From Cirrosporium novae-zelandiae (Eukaryota), in contig JAPETS010000014.1 in NCBI GenBank assembly GCA_026023565.1, positions 186,001 to 250,000 of the forward strand: a DNA stretch of 64,000 bases. Direction: 5' to 3'. A program made the translations under genes and the position numbers. This document shows, piece after piece, positions 63,168 through 64,000 of this stretch. Below the pieces are notes generated by a model. It worked only from the letters and a program-made list of their open reading frames with translations. It was not told where the DNA came from and made no database searches. Position 1 is the first letter of the stretch. The number at the start of each line of letters is the position of its first letter.

Positions 63168-64000
63168 TCAAATATTTGTAGCCTCCTCGTCCTCCCCCAA
63201 AAATACCCTCGCGATCCTCCTCGCCAGCGCGGGTCCGATTCTCGCATCCGTTCGTCCTCCATTAGCATTCGAGCACTTCTCTAGGTTCTCTAGCAGCGCC
63301 GGCCCCTTCTCCCTCAACCCCTTTACCAATCCCATAACCCCCCCGACCTCCGCGGCAACCGCATGCGCCACCCCCGGCGTCACGCGCATAATCTCCTGCA
63401 GCATGCGTACGAACGTGTCGTTCGCATCATCACCCGTTCGTACCTGACCGGTTTCCATGCAGAAGCCGATGGCGAGGTTGGCGTTTATCCTGGCGCGTCG
63501 GTAGGGGATCGTGGATATGTGTGACGTGAAGTGGGTTATCCATTCGGAGGTGGAGAGGGGGTTGGGGGTGTGGTGGATGAGACAGTTGTAGTGGATTTGG
63601 AGGCGGAGGAGGGAGTCAGAGATTAGATCTGGGTTGGTGTATTTTGTGGGTTTGGCGGGGATCGGGGTTTGAGAGGATGATGGGGTGGTGGTGGAGGTGG
63701 GGCATTTGCGGCGGTGGGCTGTTAAGGCGACGGTGTTGGCGTTGCTGTCATCGAGAGTTGTGGAGGGGATCTGGGCACGGACGGCCGCTTGGTAGGAGCG
63801 GTTGAGTGCATTTTTGTTTTTGCGCAGCCAGATGTCGAGGCCTTCGATGAGGTAGATGGGCTTACGGTTGGGGAAGGTTGAGCTCAGTGTGTAGACATGC
63901 GCGTCAAGGGCTTTGTTGGGATCAGCAGATGTAGAGTCTGGGACTACAAGATCAACGAATTCCTTTGCGGTTAGGAGAACCAAGATGTGCTCTTCGTCTT
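63168..64000 (-). CDS. EME1: ERCC4-domain crossover-junction endonuclease subunit Eme1/Mms4, 3' part only
   Basis: IYLIEGL, LLRLQIHYNCLIHH, HISTIPYR, FCMETGQVRTG, MLQEIMRVT, RIGPALARRI (HhH); runs off the window edge. Confidence 0.8.
   Translation of the reverse strand, partial: DEEHILVLLTAKEFVDLVVPDSTSADPNKALDAHVYTLSSTFPNRKPIYLIEGLDIWLRKNKNALNRSYQAAVRAQIPSTTLDDSNANTVALTAHRRKCPTSTTTPSSSQTPIPAKPTKYTNPDLISDSLLRLQIHYNCLIHHTPNPLSTSEWITHFTSHISTIPYRRARINANLAIGFCMETGQVRTGDDANDTFVRMLQEIMRVTPGVAHAVAAEVGGVMGLVKGLREKGPALLENLEKCSNANGGRTDARIGPALARRIARVFLGEDEEATNI

Overview
Eukaryotic DNA from a filamentous ascomycete (Pezizomycotina-type; short GT-AG introns with CTRAC-like branch sites). About 20 protein-coding genes are present, mostly conserved housekeeping: MFS transporter, Zn2Cys6 transcription factor, UV-damage endonuclease UvdE, two-HKD phospholipase D-family protein, aquaglyceroporin, eIF2B-alpha, Nup49, Fip1, an uncharacterised C2H2-finger protein, HAD phosphatase, Atg18, a Ppm2/Tyw4-JmjC fusion, Pps1, Rpb8, a Nudix hydrolase, a TBC Rab-GAP, kinesin-4, Alg2 and a partial Eme1/Mms4. 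The accessory segment (~41-47 kb) holds an intact fungal NLR (N-terminal helical domain, NACHT, ankyrin repeats). Its near-identical 105-bp repeat units differ almost only by C>T/G>A changes, a RIP-like pattern that creates no stop codons. Upstream of it lies a 55-bp hAT-like mini-element with 22-bp TIRs and an 8-bp TSD. No tRNA, rRNA or CRISPR was recognised. Gene models were spliced by eye; CDS coordinates span start to stop including introns.
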